From a virus (taxonomy: Duplodnaviria > Caudoviricetes): a stretch of DNA of 64,000 nucleotides. Shown one piece after another: positions 10,709-22,800 of the stretch. Under the pieces are notes generated by a model. That model had not been told where the DNA came from, made no database searches, and saw nothing but the letters and a program-made list of their open reading frames with translations. The position numbers were made by a program, and so were the translations under genes. Positions within the stretch are counted from its first letter, which is position 1. Every line of letters starts with the position of its first letter. The stretch covers positions 1-64,000 of the IMG/VR virus record IMGVR_UViG_2597490289_000004. One strand, written 5' to 3'.

Positions 10709-11380
10709 ATGGAAAACAAATTATTAAACCTTACAAGTGATAAAGAATTAAGAATAACAAGCATGGAATTGGTAGAAATAATAAACAATTTTAGAAAAAT
10801 AGAAAGTGAAGCTAGTGAAAAGAAATATGTTGAACTAAGACACGATAGCTTTATGACAAAAATTAAAAGTGAACTAGGAACACTGAAAGCACTAGGTTTA
10901 GACAACGCCCAAAATATTTTGGAGGTTACCTATGAAGATAAAAAAGGTGAAACTAGACCTTGTTATTCTTTAAATGGTAGTGGCATGAGAATGATGTTGA
11001 ATTCCGAAAGTACAATAGTAAGATTTAAGACAGAGGAATATATAAATAAACTTGAAAACTCTGTGAAGTTAATTTCAGCACAAAAAGAAATTAAAGAACT
11101 AAAAAGTACGCTTGAAGATTTCAAAAGAGCTACAGAAGAGGCGAAGAGACAATTTCATCCTTGCCATAAAAGAAAACTTGATTATAACAAGATGATAAAG
11201 AATATAGTTGGAGATAATAGAGAATACGTTGAAGGTGTTAAAGATATGGTCTTTGCTCAATTACATTATGATAAGTGGGAAGATTCATCAACAGAGGATA
11301 ATGATAAGATTATAAAAGCAATTAATGTATGTTCAAGATTTATTATGCTTAATAAGTTCGAACAATTAAGTTTGTTTTAA
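10709..11380 (+). CDS. Rha-family phage regulatory protein
   Basis: ITSMELV, RHDSF and YEDKKGETRPCYSL Rha motifs. Confidence 0.75.
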   Translation: MENKLLNLTSDKELRITSMELVEIINNFRKIESEASEKKYVELRHDSFMTKIKSELGTLKALGLDNAQNILEVTYEDKKGETRPCYSLNGSGMRMMLNSESTIVRFKTEEYINKLENSVKLISAQKEIKELKSTLEDFKRATEEAKRQFHPCHKRKLDYNKMIKNIVGDNREYVEGVKDMVFAQLHYDKWEDSSTEDNDKIIKAINVCSRFIMLNKFEQLSLF

Positions 11381-11489
11381 GGAAGTGATAATTTTGGATA
11401 CATTTCAATTAATAATAATCTGTGTAACTATCACACTTTGTATAGCCACTATTGCAGAGATTTTTAAAAAATAAATGGGAGGGGTATTG

Positions 11490-11810
11490 ATGAATGTTAA
11501 ATGTGAGAATACAAATTGTAACCATGAATTTGAGCCACAAGTGAAAGAACAATATTTAGGTGCTATGATAAGTGAAACTTACTTTGAGTGTCCTAAGTGT
11601 GGCGCTAAGTATATTATTTGCTTAGATAATTCAAAAACAAGAAAGCTTAAAAATAATATTGAAAAAATTAAAGCATCACTAAATAGTACTTTACCAAAAA
11701 ACTTTAGAAATGCACTTAATGTTGCTTTAAAAGATAATATAAATATTCATAAGCAGGTTATGAGTAAATTAATGAAAGGAGAGTATGAATGGAGATACCA
11801 AACAAAGTAA
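11490..11810 (+). CDS. Zn-finger hypothetical protein
   Basis: CxxxxC...CPKC. Confidence 0.6.
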   Translation: MNVKCENTNCNHEFEPQVKEQYLGAMISETYFECPKCGAKYIICLDNSKTRKLKNNIEKIKASLNSTLPKNFRNALNVALKDNINIHKQVMSKLMKGEYEWRYQTK

Positions 11811-12130
11811 ATATATTAGGAACTGAATGGAACATCGAAGTCAGAAAAAGAACAGAAGATGAAGGATTAACAAATTGTGATGCTTATTGCGATAATAGCA
11901 TTAAGCTAATAGTGATTGAAGAATTTCAAGAAAATGCTAATACTCTTAAAAATTTAGATATTTATAGAAAACAATTATTAAGACATGAGATGATTCATGC
12001 ATTTCTACATGAAAGTGGACTTGCTGAATGTAGTACATGGGCAACGAATGAGGAAATGGTTGATTACTTTGCTAAACAATTTGACAAATTAGCTAAAACA
12101 TTTAAAGATGTAAAAGCATTAGAGCTATAA
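11789..12130 (+). CDS. HExxH metallopeptidase-like phage protein
   Basis: LLRHEMIHAFL...EEMVD. Confidence 0.6.
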   Translation: MEIPNKVNILGTEWNIEVRKRTEDEGLTNCDAYCDNSIKLIVIEEFQENANTLKNLDIYRKQLLRHEMIHAFLHESGLAECSTWATNEEMVDYFAKQFDKLAKTFKDVKALEL

Positions 12131-12202
12131 GGAGGTGATCCAATATCTCGTTTAAGTCTAACGTTATAGGCTTATTTTTATTTTAGGAAGGAATGAAAAA
12201 TA

Positions 12203-12649
12203 ATGAATAAGTATATTGGAACTAAATTAATAGAAGCAGAACCGCAGCAAAAATTATACAAAGGTGAATATATTGGTGAGGAATATATGCAAGACGGTTA
12301 TAAAATAATATATTCTGATGGTTATATCTCATGGTCGCCGAAAGAGGTTTTTGAAAAATCTTATCTTAAAGTTGATGAAAACAAGAATCTTCCTAGTGGT
12401 GTTTCTATTGGTCAACAGATGGTTGATGATTTTATTGTTGATTATGATGTATTCACAAAGAAAGATAAAATTACAATAGTTATTGCAATACTTAAAAATG
12501 GATTTACTATTGTTGAATCATCTGCATGTGTAGATTCTAAAAATTATGATGAAAAAATAGGTGCTGAAATATGCAAGGAAAGAATAAAAAATCAAGTGTG
12601 GAATCATTTGGGATTCTTACTTCAAACAGCATATAAAGGTATTAAGTAA
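12203..12649 (+). CDS. Phage Gp49/Gp66-family protein
   Basis: YIGTK, SWSPKEVFEKSY and NGF..SACVD..NYD motifs. Confidence 0.7.
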   Translation: MNKYIGTKLIEAEPQQKLYKGEYIGEEYMQDGYKIIYSDGYISWSPKEVFEKSYLKVDENKNLPSGVSIGQQMVDDFIVDYDVFTKKDKITIVIAILKNGFTIVESSACVDSKNYDEKIGAEICKERIKNQVWNHLGFLLQTAYKGIK

Positions 12650-12784
12650 GTCTTAGAAATAAGGCTTATTTTTTCGCCTTTTTTAGCTTAATTGCAGGCG
12701 TTAAAGAATAATTGAGCATAATACTCTAACGTGGTTCAGTAGCACGTTAAAAACTGTAATTAGAGATTAAGGAGGGTTTAAAAT

Positions 12785-13417
12785 ATGGCAAAATTAAAAG
12801 ACATTATAGGAGAAGATGCATACAATGCTCTTTCAGAAGATAAAAGAAAAGAACTTGGCAAAAAAGACTTTGAGGATATAAGCGGAGGAAATTTCATTCC
12901 AAAGAGTAGATTTGATCAAGTAAATGAACAGGCTAAGGAATATAAAAAGCAAGTTGGTGAAAGAGATACTCAAATTTCTAAGCTTAAAGATGAATATAAA
13001 GATGTTGATGGCTTAAAAGAAAAAGTTGAAAAGCTTGAATTAGATAATAAAACTCAAAAAGAAGGCTATGAAAAGCAATTAAATGATATTTCATTTAATA
13101 ATGCTTTAGAAAAGGCATTAGGAGTATTCAATGTTAAAGATAAAGTGTCAGTTATGGCTCATATCGATAAAAGCAAACTTCATTTAGATGGTGAATCTAT
13201 TACAGGATTAAAAGACCAAATAGAGCCACTTAAAACAAGCCACGATTTTTTATTTGAAAAAGAAATCAAAGGTACAAGTTCATTTGGTACTGGTGGAGAT
13301 GCTGGAAGTGGTGGACAAGGAGAAAAGAAAAATACTATGGAAATTGGAGAAAGATTAGCAAAAGAAAAAGCAGAGCAAATGAAAGGAACAGAAACATTAA
13401 ATAATTTTTTTAAATAG
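12785..13417 (+). CDS. Capsid scaffolding protein (GP20-like)
   Basis: FIPKSRFDQVN plus coiled coil, upstream of the capsid genes. Confidence 0.85.
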   Translation: MAKLKDIIGEDAYNALSEDKRKELGKKDFEDISGGNFIPKSRFDQVNEQAKEYKKQVGERDTQISKLKDEYKDVDGLKEKVEKLELDNKTQKEGYEKQLNDISFNNALEKALGVFNVKDKVSVMAHIDKSKLHLDGESITGLKDQIEPLKTSHDFLFEKEIKGTSSFGTGGDAGSGGQGEKKNTMEIGERLAKEKAEQMKGTETLNNFFK

Positions 13418-13430
13418 GAGGTAGAAAAAT

Positions 13431-13769
13431 ATGAGACAAAGTGGATATTCAATATCAGTAGGACAAAAAGACATTAGAGCAATAGCAGGAGATCATTATA
13501 TAAATATTAATAAGAAAGTAGCTAAAGAAGATGTAGCTTCTAAATTGGTAGATGATATATTACCAGCAGGAACATTAGTTGATAAAGATGGTAAACCATC
13601 AAATGGAACTAATACATGGGGACTTACTTTTACTGATGTAGATTTTAAAAATTCAAAAGGAACAGAAATTTTACCAGTAACAATACATGGATTTATTAAT
13701 AGTAAAGCTATTGAAGATAAACCAACAGCTGAAGCTATAGCTGCATTAAAACAAATAACATTTATGTAA
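13431..13769 (+). CDS. Head decoration protein
   Basis: Lies between scaffold and major capsid; PAGT motif. Confidence 0.6.
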   Translation: MRQSGYSISVGQKDIRAIAGDHYININKKVAKEDVASKLVDDILPAGTLVDKDGKPSNGTNTWGLTFTDVDFKNSKGTEILPVTIHGFINSKAIEDKPTAEAIAALKQITFM

Positions 13770-13782
13770 GGAGGAATACTTA

Positions 13783-14820
13783 ATGAAAATAAGTGAATTT
13801 ATAAATTCAAAACAAATAGCACTTTATATTAACAATTTACCACCACAAACTAATATTGATGAGGCTTTATTTCCATCAGACAAGCAATTGAGTATGGAAC
13901 TTGAACTTGCCAAAGGTGCTAGACAAAGACCAGTTGCTTTAAAAATGTCTACATTTGATGTAGCTGCAAAAGTTAGAGCTTTAAAAGCTAATGTAAATGT
14001 AGAAAAGAAGGAGATGCCTTTCTTTAAAGAAGCAGTAGGGATTAAAGAAAAAGATAGAAGAAAGTTAATTGAAGCTAAAAATTCAAACAATCAAAATCTT
14101 ATAGATTTCATGCTTAAGCAAGTATTTGATAATTATGCTAATTTAGTTGGCGGTGCTGATGTACAAGCCACTAGGATGAGAGCACAAGTAATTCAAAAAG
14201 GTGAAATAAATATTGTAACAGATGATGGAGATATAGTAGTAGATTATGGAATACCATTAGAACATAAAGAAGTATTATCAGGTAGTGCAAAATGGAGTGA
14301 TCCAAGCGCTGATATAGTAGGAGATATAAAAAGATGGCAAAAGAAATTTACTGATTCTGGATCTGAAAAACCTACAAGAATGTTATTAACTGAAAAAACT
14401 TTTAGTTATATAACTATTAATGAAGCAATAACTAAAGATTTAAAATCTAGAACATTAGGAGAAGTAATAATAACAGATGAGGACTATATTTCATTCTTAA
14501 AGAAAAAGTTAAGTTTAGAAATAGCCTTTTTAAATGGTGTATATGTAGATGAACAAGAGAAAAAACAAAATTATTATGAAGATAATCTAGTTACGTTAAT
14601 ACCTAAAGGCACGCTAGGAAAAACAATTTATTCAATAACACCTGAAGAATATGATAAAATTTATGGAAGTCAAACAATAGATACAGAAGTAATTAAAACT
14701 GGTATAGCAATTACAACTATGGTTAAGGAAGATCCGGTTGCAGTAGATACTAAGGTATCTCAAATTGTGTTACCATCATTTGATAATGCAGAAGAATGTT
14801 TCTTTGCAACAGTAGGTTAA
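13783..14820 (+). CDS. Major capsid protein (gpE-like)
   Basis: MPFFKE, VDYG and WSDPSADIVGDI motifs; 345 aa. Confidence 0.9.
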   Translation: MKISEFINSKQIALYINNLPPQTNIDEALFPSDKQLSMELELAKGARQRPVALKMSTFDVAAKVRALKANVNVEKKEMPFFKEAVGIKEKDRRKLIEAKNSNNQNLIDFMLKQVFDNYANLVGGADVQATRMRAQVIQKGEINIVTDDGDIVVDYGIPLEHKEVLSGSAKWSDPSADIVGDIKRWQKKFTDSGSEKPTRMLLTEKTFSYITINEAITKDLKSRTLGEVIITDEDYISFLKKKLSLEIAFLNGVYVDEQEKKQNYYEDNLVTLIPKGTLGKTIYSITPEEYDKIYGSQTIDTEVIKTGIAITTMVKEDPVAVDTKVSQIVLPSFDNAEECFFATVG

Positions 14821-14878
14821 GAGTGTGGTTACTATGAACCATGCTCTTTTATTATATTAAAATGAAGGGATGATAGAT

Positions 14879-17255
14879 ATGGCAAAATCAAAACAATGTG
14901 TATGCAAAGCTACAGCTTTAGTATGCATTAAATATGATAAAACATCATACAAACCAGGAGAAGAATTTTTAATCAGAGAAGATGATGTAAATGAATTAAA
15001 AGAAAAAGGATATGCATCAGTAGAAATTTTAGAAAATGATGATAAAAAAGGAGAAGGACAGGAAGGTGAATAAGAATGGAACTTACACCTTTAGAAATAT
15101 TAAAAATTAATCTTAATGAAAATCAATATCCTGTATTTTCTAATGAAGAACTTCAAAATTTATTATTAGTTAATGATAATAATATTCTTAAAGCTAGTTG
15201 GCGTGGTTGTTTAATGAAAGCTAATACAGATAAAAAGATTAAAGTAGGGCCTATAGAAATAGAAAATGCTGATCCTGACTATTGGAATAATCTTGCATCT
15301 ATATATCAAGCTGATTATTTAGCTGAAAAGGCTATATTGAATCCTAATATAACAACAGGATATAAAACATCTATGAGAAGGGCAGATGGCTGTTAATGGC
15401 TAGATTAAAAGCTAAAAAGATTATAGATGCAATCAATAAGGGAATATCAGTAAATCCAACTACATTTACAGTAGAACATATTGAAAAAGTATTAGTTGAT
15501 GGAGCTTTTGAAAACAATAAAAGCACAATAACATACTTAGGAATTGTATATTTAGAAGATAGCTCAACTCAAATAAATATAGATAGTAAAACAGCAGGTA
15601 CTTCATATTCTACTAATAGATACAAAATGCTCCTGAACAATGAAAATAATATTAAAGTAAATCCTAAAAATTTAATTACATTTGAAAACAAAGAAGGTTG
15701 TTTCGAAATACAAGCAGCATATCCAATAGTAATAGAAGATACAATTTGCGGTTATATGTGTGATTTGAAACGAGTAGATTAGGTGGTGTTAATATGGGGT
15801 TTGAAGTATTTGACTTTATAAATAGAAAGATGTCAGGAATGTCATTATTACTAACTGGTGTTATTTCTCCAATACTAATTTCACAAGCTAAATCTAAAAC
15901 ATACTGGAAAGATAGAAGTGGTAATGCAAGGCAACTTATAAATGGTGGAAGTGAAGGTGGAGATGGAAGCTATGAATTATATCTAGCACATGGAACAGAA
16001 TATGGAGAGTTTCTTGAAGAAGGTACAGGTATTTATGGACCAACTAAAAGAGCTATAGTCCCAGTATCTAAGAAAGTACTAAGTTGGCTTGATGAGAATG
16101 GAAAAAGACATTTTGCAAAGAGTGTAAAAGGAATAAAAGCTAGACCAGTTCTTAAAGATACACTTAATGAAAACAAATCATTAATAATAAATACAATTGA
16201 AAAATATTGGAGTGATTAAGTATGCGGTATGGAATAAGAGAAAGACTATTACAAAGTATTCCAGAATTAAAAGGGTGCTATGAACCTAATATTCCAGAAA
16301 AACAGACGATTAAACCATATGCAATTATTCTACAAAATGATGATACTAAAAATAATCAAGCGGTGGGATTTAAAAGAACTATTGAGATTTATATTTACAA
16401 TGAGAGAACATCTTTTAATTATGTAGATGCATTAATGGGGAAAGTAATTAAAACATTAAATATGCAGACTATTGAGGACACTAAAACAGGAGAAATATTT
16501 ACATGCATATTTAATGGAATAATCGGTCAAGATGGTGTTGATGAAGATTGGGACGTAATATATAGAGGATTACAGTTTACTGTTATATCCTTACATGAAG
16601 AAAATGAAGTTAATACAGATAAGTGGTTAGATGCTCTGAGTGATTATACCAAAGACATTATTAAATTACCTATTTATCTTAATAATTGGAAACAAAACTT
16701 TGAAGTACCATCAATTCTATGGAGAGTACAAAATCAGGAAAAAGAAAGAGAATCAAATGCTCTTATAAAAGAAAGTAAAACTCTTGTATGTCATATAACC
16801 AGTAATAATAAAAATGAGATTAATGAGTTATTAGAAAATATAGAAGATAGTTTGATTTCCGATTTGAAGATACCATTTGATTTAGCAGACAGGCGTTATC
16901 TTACTATAGAAAGTATAGAAGAAGATAGAGAAGCTGATATGTTCACTAAAGGGCAATTAACAGTAAAGGTATATAAGAGAAAAATGGTTAAAAGAAAAGA
17001 AGTTCCTAAAATAAATAAAATTTATGGATCAGGAACATTAAAGGAGTGATGAATTTGGCTAAAGAGAAAGAAAATGTAGTTGATACACCTAATGAACCAA
17101 CTTATCCAATTCAAACATTTATAGATAATGCAGAAGCACTTGGCTATAACAAGATTATAGTTACAGGTGCTTTATTTAATTACAAAGAAACAGAATTATC
17201 TAAAACTAAATTTATAAAGATAGTTAAAGAATTTTTAGGAAAGAAGGTTGAGTAA
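14879..17255 (+). CDS. Head-tail joining cluster (14879-15073, 15076-15396, 15396-15782, gp10-like 15794-16219, tail terminator-like 16222-17049, 17046-17255)
   Basis: Coupled ORFs between capsid and sheath; EYGEFLEEGTG gp10 motif. Confidence 0.7.
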
Positions 17256-18671
17256 ATGGCAAAAGGTACATGGAGTGAAAAAGATAAACCAAAGATTCCA
17301 GGATTCTATAACAGGATGCAGATAGTAGCAGAAGAATCAGCAAACAATATTCAAGGAGTTCTAGCTATGCCAGTAAAAAGTGATTGGGGTCCAGTAAATA
17401 AAGTAGTTTCTGTTTCTCAAGAAAGACACTTAAAAAATGCTTTTGGTAACAATGTAGATTTTACAGCATATAAGCTAGGAAAATTAGCATTGCTAGGAAA
17501 ACCAAAAGAGTTGTTACTTTATAGACTTGTTGATAGTGCTGCTAAACCAAGAGAGTTAATTCTTAAAAATACTGAAAGTTCTCCAACTAATGTAATTAAG
17601 TTGCAAACAATATATCCAAGCTCAAGATCATTTAATGTAACAATAAGAACAAACATAATTAATGATTCTGCTAAAGATATTATTTTATATGAAAATACTA
17701 CTCAATTAGTTGAAGTTAGTGATCTAACTGGAAGTATTGATGAAATAGTAGATAAAATAAACAAATCTGCTCTAAGCGATTATATTGTTGCTTCAAAAGT
17801 TGAAAATGCAACAGGAACATTAGCGGATATGGTAAATGATAAATTTACAGGTGGTAATGATGGTGCATCTAATATAACTAATACTGAATATTTAAAAGCA
17901 ATGAAAGCATTTGAAAGTCATGGAATAGATGGGTTTACATTAGATGGTGTTACAGATGTAGGATTACACACAAGTGTTAAAACATGGATCAATGAATGCA
18001 AAAAAGAAGGACTTGATATATTAGCATTTTTAGCAAGTAATTCAGAAAGTTTAAGTCAGGCTAATTCAAAATCAAAAGAGTACAATGATTACTTAATGCA
18101 CAATGTTTACTTAAAATCAACTACTTATGATGGAATTACTTACACAGCAGCAGAAGTAGCTGTATATGTTGCTGCTTTAGCACTAGGAAAGAATTTAAAA
18201 GAATCTGTCTGTAATGAAACTACCATATTTGATAGTGTAGAACCTCGTTTATCAAGAACTGAAATAGAAAGTGCATTAGAATCTGGAACTATAGTATTTG
18301 ATGTAATAGATAATGAAGTAGTTATTGTAGATGATGTAAATACTTATAAAAACTATAAGAATGAAAAAGAGGAAGCATTAGGTAATATTAGAGCAATTAG
18401 ATTTATCAATACAGTAAACAAGCAAACAGCAGGTGCTGGAAAGGACTATATAGGTAAAATCTCAAATGATGAAACAGGACATACAGTAACACTGTGTGGG
18501 TTAAAAACATTCTTTGAAACATATCAAAAGTTAGGTATTATAGCTAAATTTAATATAGAAACAGATGAAGAACTACAAAAGAACGCTCAATCAGATGAAT
18601 TTTTCTGGAAATGGGATGCTGAATATATAAATGTCATAAAGAAGATTTTCAGTACAGGTAATTTAAAATAG
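17256..18671 (+). CDS. Tail sheath protein (XkdK-like)
   Basis: PGFY, WGP and FTGGNDG motifs. Confidence 0.9.
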   Translation: MAKGTWSEKDKPKIPGFYNRMQIVAEESANNIQGVLAMPVKSDWGPVNKVVSVSQERHLKNAFGNNVDFTAYKLGKLALLGKPKELLLYRLVDSAAKPRELILKNTESSPTNVIKLQTIYPSSRSFNVTIRTNIINDSAKDIILYENTTQLVEVSDLTGSIDEIVDKINKSALSDYIVASKVENATGTLADMVNDKFTGGNDGASNITNTEYLKAMKAFESHGIDGFTLDGVTDVGLHTSVKTWINECKKEGLDILAFLASNSESLSQANSKSKEYNDYLMHNVYLKSTTYDGITYTAAEVAVYVAALALGKNLKESVCNETTIFDSVEPRLSRTEIESALESGTIVFDVIDNEVVIVDDVNTYKNYKNEKEEALGNIRAIRFINTVNKQTAGAGKDYIGKISNDETGHTVTLCGLKTFFETYQKLGIIAKFNIETDEELQKNAQSDEFFWKWDAEYINVIKKIFSTGNLK

Positions 18672-18686
18672 AGAGGATGTGTTTTA

Positions 18687-19109
18687 ATGTCTACAAAAAA
18701 AGAACTTGATTCAAGTAGAATTTGTTCAGGTACTTATGGAAGAGTTTTTAAAGATGGAAAGGAATATCCACAAGTATCTGAATGTACTGCTGATGTAGAA
18801 AGAGATATGAAAGAGACTCCAACTGTAGGTTCTGAATGGATAGGATATAAAGGTGGACTTAAAAAAGGTTCAGGAACACTTAAAGGTTGGAAGGTTACAT
18901 CAGAAATGACTCAACAAGGATTTAATAGGTTTGAGTTATTAACTGAATTAGATGATCCTGAAGCTTATGGAGCTGAAAGAATAAGATTAAAGAATTGTCA
19001 ATTTACAAAGATAAATTTAGTAAACTTTAAACCAGGTGAAGTAATTGAAGAAGAAATGCCTTTTGTATTTAGTGGGTTTGATTTACTTGATCCAATAACT
19101 GCTGATTAA
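18687..19109 (+). CDS. Tail tube protein (XkdM-like)
   Basis: LDDPEAYGAERI and EEEMPF motifs. Confidence 0.9.
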   Translation: MSTKKELDSSRICSGTYGRVFKDGKEYPQVSECTADVERDMKETPTVGSEWIGYKGGLKKGSGTLKGWKVTSEMTQQGFNRFELLTELDDPEAYGAERIRLKNCQFTKINLVNFKPGEVIEEEMPFVFSGFDLLDPITAD

Positions 19110-19164
19110 TATTAGCAGTTATTTTATTAGAATTTTAAAAGATGAAAGTGAGGAATTATTAATT

Positions 19165-19608
19165 ATGAATACAGAAAATAATGTTTTAGAAATGCAAGAA
19201 GAGGATATAATTAAAAAATTATTAGGAGAAGTTGAGGTTCCTAAGGCTGTAGTAGTTATTGAAAGAATAGGAATACCAGTGGAGTTAAAAGGTCTTAATA
19301 CTGTAGAAATTAAAAAAATAAGAGAAAAATGTACTTCAAAAAGAAAGATAAAAGGTGTTGCAGAAGAAAAGTTAAATGGAGAAGAATATGATGCTGCATT
19401 AATTATAGGTGCTACTACTAATTTTGATTGGAATAATCCTAAGTTATTAGAAAAGTATAGTTTGAGTGATGGAAAGCAATTTATATTAAGAAAATTATTA
19501 GCTGGAGAAAGGACAAATTTAGTTAATAAAGTATTAGATCTTAGTGGATATAATGATGAACTAAGTGATGCAGAAGACATAAAAAACTTATCAGGCGAGG
19601 AGGAATAA
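19165..19608 (+). CDS. Tail assembly chaperone (XkdN-like); -1 frameshift form extends to 19769
   Basis: LLAGE...LSGY motif; slippery A_AAA_AAC at 19581-19587 followed by a stem-loop. Confidence 0.85.
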   Translation: MNTENNVLEMQEEDIIKKLLGEVEVPKAVVVIERIGIPVELKGLNTVEIKKIREKCTSKRKIKGVAEEKLNGEEYDAALIIGATTNFDWNNPKLLEKYSLSDGKQFILRKLLAGERTNLVNKVLDLSGYNDELSDAEDIKNLSGEEE

Positions 19609-19817
19609 TAACTCGCCTTTACAATATTTTCACTATGCATCATATAATGCCACATGTTTTTTATGGAATACCTAATAATAAAATTTCACAAAAATTAATG
19701 ATGGTATTTAGTGACTATGAAGTACAAAAACAGAATAAAGAAATTGAAAAATCAAAGAGGGGGAACTAAATAAAAATAGTTCCCCCTTTATTTTTTTATT
19801 CTTAAGGAGGTGAAAGC

Positions 19818-22800
19818 TTGGCCAAAAAGGAAGTTTACAGATTAGGAATAAATATAAAAGTTGATGGAGACAAACAGTCTAAAAAAGTCTTAACAGAAGT
19901 AGAAAAAAACACTGAAAAAGTTAAGAAAAAAGTTAGAGATTTAGACAAGCTAACAGCTAGTCCTAGTGCAAAACTTAAAGATACAGCATCAACAGCAATA
20001 GATAAAATAAAATCTAAAACAGAAAAGCTAAATAATAAAACAGCTACAGCAAAGCTTAAAGCAAAAGATGAAGCAAGTAAAACTATCAATAAAGTTCAAA
20101 ATAAATTGAATAGTTGGATTAAAACAGGTGCTAAGAAGGTAATATCTATAGGATTAGCAGGAGCTGTGGCATTAGGTGGCTTGGGAATAGGTTCAGCCAT
20201 TAAAACATTTAGTGATTTTGAATATGGAATGAAAACTGTACAGGCAACAAGCCAAGCAAGTAATAATGAATTGCTTAAATTAACTGATACAGCTAAAAAT
20301 TTAGGAGCAACAACTTCTTTTAGTGCTGTTGAGGTAAGTCAAGGTATGAATTATCTTGCAATGGCAGGGTATAAAACAGAAGATATAATTTCAGCTATGC
20401 CAGGATTGTTAGATGCTGCAGCAGCAAGTGGAGAAGATTTAGCAGGCACAAGTGATATTATTTCAGATGCAATTACAGCATTTGGAATGAAAGCAAGCGA
20501 TACTACACATTTAGCTGATGTTATGGCTCAGGCAAGTGCAAGTGCTAATACTAGCATAGGATTATTAGGAGAATCTTTTAAGTATGTTGGAGCAACTGCT
20601 GGAGCTATGGGATATAGTATAGAAGATGCCAGCCTTGCACTAGGATTAATGGCTAATGCAGGTGTTAAAGGTTCAATGGGAGGTACAGCTCTTAAAAATG
20701 CTATAGTAAATATGGCTAGCCCTACAGATACAATGTTAACTGTTATGAAAAAATATAATTTATCTTTAACAGATAGTAGTGGAAAAATGAAATCATTAAA
20801 AAGTGTCATGGATATGCTTAGAGAAAAAATGAAAGGAGTAGATAAAGCTACTCAAGCATCAGCAGCAAGTCAATTGTTTGGTAAAGAAGCAATGTCAGGA
20901 ATGTTAAGTATTATAAATGCAAGTGAGACTGATTATAATAATTTGGCTAATGCCATTTATAATGCTGATGGAGCAGCTAAGCAAATGGCTAATACAAAAC
21001 TTGATTCTTTAAGTGGACAATGGACAATACTAAAAAGTGCTGTAGAAGGAATGAAAATTACATTAGGAGAAAGACTTGCACCTTATGCTAAACAATTTGT
21101 AACATGGTTTACTGCTAAAATACCTAATATTACAGATTCAGTTGTAAAATTTGTAGATACTATAAGTAACAATATAGGAACTATTAAAGCTGTTGGAGGT
21201 GCTGTCTTAGGATTAACAGGAGCATTTGTTGGAATGTCTGCAATTAATAAAATAGGAACTACAGTAGGAACATTTGGAAAATTATTAGGTGGATTTAAAA
21301 CAACCGCAACCGCAGATGCACTTGTGAAAACTACTGGTGCAATGCAAGGCTTAGGACTAGCATCTAAAATAATACCAGCCTTATTATCTCCAACTGGATT
21401 AGCTATAGCTGGAATAGGAATTGCTGGATTAGTAGCAGCTAAACAATTAAGTAAAGAAGTTGTTCCAGCTGTGGATTTATTTGCAGATAAAATAGATTAT
21501 TTAAAAGATTCTACAAATGTTTCAGGAATGAATGGAATGAGCCAAGAAATTACAAAAATATCTGATGCTACAAAAGAAGCTGTAGGTGCTTATATGGAAA
21601 TGGACAATAGTGTACAAAGAACATTATTAAATATGAAATTCACATCTAAGACAGTATCAACAGATTTGGCGAATGATTTAAAAACTAAGTTTTCAACTAT
21701 GGGTAGTACTATTACAAAAGAATTGGATAAGGATTTAAATAATAGTTTAAGTAAAATACAAATAATGTTTAATAATAATACTAAATTAACATCAGAAGAA
21801 CAAGATAATATTATGACACAAATAGAAAATCATTATAGTAAACAAAAAACAACTACTCAAAATGCTATGAATGAAATAAATAGGATATTGAGTGAAGCAA
21901 GTTTACAAAATAGAACAACAACTGAGGAAGAAAATAGTACAATATCTCAACTTCAAGCTTCAATGAGAACTACAGCAATAACTTCTCTTTCTGAAACTGA
22001 AAAAGAAAGTGCAATTATTTTAGGAAGAATAAAAGACCAAACAGGAAGAATAACTGCTGAAACTGCTGCTGATATAGTTCAAAAGTTAAATGAACAAAGA
22101 CAACAAACTGTAGATGCAGCTAATGCTGAATATGCTGCAAGAGTTAATATAGCAGAGCAGATAAGAGCAGAAGGTGGTCAAAAAGCAGAAGAAACAGCAA
22201 ATAAAATGATTGATGAAGCAGCAAGACAACGTGATGAAACTATAGCTGCCGCAGATGCAACTAGAAGTCAAGGGATTGATATGTTAAAACAGGCTTATGG
22301 AGATTTAGAAACAAGTGTAGATATTAACACAGGTCAAATTTTAACTTTTTGGGGAAGGTTAAAGCAATGGTGGGATAATACTACATTTGGAACAAAGTTT
22401 GCTGAAATACAAACTAATGGTGTTGTTGGAATGGTAGGACAAAACCCAAATAACTCAAGTAGTAAAATTACAAAACCAGCAAGTGAAATAGAAACTGATT
22501 TAGTCGGTGCTCCTAATAGTTTATCAAGAGAAACTATTAGATGGGGAAAGCAAAATTATACTGGAACGAATAATGCAATGTCAGGTATTAACTCAGTAGG
22601 CGAGCGTGGCATGGAGCTAGTATTAGGAAGAAGTTTATATGACTTTAAAGGTGGAGAAAAAGTGCTTAATAATGGAGAAACTAAATCATTTTTAAGCAAT
22701 TTAGGTCAAGCACCTATTTATAATCCACAAGTCCAAACTATTGGTGCTGGTGGAAATAATATTCAAGTTGATGTTCAAGTAAATAATAATGATACAGATG

